A DNA stretch of 35,769 nucleotides, from the NCBI RefSeq assembly GCF_001194135.2, contig NC_068994.1, forward strand, positions 58,748,131 to 58,783,899, written 5' to 3'. This document shows positions 35,200 through 35,769 of the stretch, piece by piece (within the stretch, counting starts at the first letter, position 1; each line of letters opens with the position of its first letter). The notes beneath the pieces were generated by a model. The model had not been told where the DNA came from. It was given only the letters and a program-made list of their open reading frames with translations, and did not search any database. Both the position numbers and the translations under genes were made by a program. The DNA is from Octopus bimaculoides (lineage: Eukaryota).

Positions 35200-35700
35200 A
35201 AAAGTTGCTGTTGTTACGGTCGCTGTTATTGGTGTTATTTCCAGGTTTCGTCTCGGTTCTATTTGGCTGATATTTGCTATTCTTTGTGAGAAACTATTGA
35301 CGAAAGAATTGGAATTCGGTTGTTTCTATTTCGGCATTTGTTGGATTTCTAACCCAGATAGAAAGTATTTTCGTAAGAGATGAAAGTCTTCAATGGTAGG
35401 TTGCGTGACGTGTTGCACCATATTATAACTGCATCTTCTGTTTCTATGCCTTTCTCCTTTGCGTCCGGATTTTTAAAGCTCCGTTATCATGATGTGTATG
35501 TTCTTCAAAGAGGATAATCGAAAAATTCCGAGTGATACGTTGTGAACGAGGTTATTAAAGATTTTCTTTAGGGGATTAGAGAACTTGCTAATCTATTGGA
35601 ACTTTTCCAATGCATTAAATAGGAAGAGTTTTTCAGGTGGATTTTAGGTGATTTTCAAGTCTAAATCTTTGAAAATGTCAAAGAATTTTTTCGGAATTTA
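35200..35700 (-). mobile_element. Penelope-like element RT C-terminal fragment (degenerate)
   Basis: KKFFDIFKDLDLKIT..FSNPLKKIFNNLVHNVSLGIFRLSS..ALKNPDAKEK resembles Penelope KKI..IFK..GLKIT..SNHPP.I.KN.P..IS.R...LSS..ALK.SG.KE. Confidence 0.6.
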
Positions 35701-35769
35701 TCTTTTTTTTTTTATTAAATATATGTATATATATGTGTGTGTGTGTGTCTGTGTTTGTCCCCCCCCCCC

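Overview
AT-rich, microsatellite-saturated eukaryotic DNA with many N gaps. The SINE families and repeat landscape point to an Octopus (coleoid cephalopod) short-read scaffold; this is inferred from recalled repeat consensus sequences. The only host gene I can identify is the 5' end of a DNAAF9/C20orf194 orthologue on the minus strand: three coding exons at 3502-3480, 1617-1550 and 863-773 spell MDPIPFVS-CSRLRQVQQLLGDELDAVLCITG-IDSLYNKGCHQLSKYLFFDAFDQKQTDSK, with RFX X-boxes upstream and in intron 3. The rest is mobile DNA: three tRNA-derived SINE families, Penelope, R4/Dong and RTE retroelement fragments, mariner and Tc1 remnants, and hAT, Mutator and Tigger-type MITEs. The most interesting structures are: (1) a head-to-head element with a tRNA-like head and Penelope-type hammerhead ribozyme motifs, forming a long inverted repeat in DNAAF9 intron 2; (2) a 28S rRNA fragment fused directly to an R4-clade RT fragment; (3) a two-copy Mutator-type MITE whose TIRs carry octamer plus CCAAT motifs; (4) a CpG-rich promoter-like region with a coherent but unassigned set of minus-strand splice sites at 15.7-16.2 kb. 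Almost all ORFs in the supplied track are microsatellite or gap artefacts.
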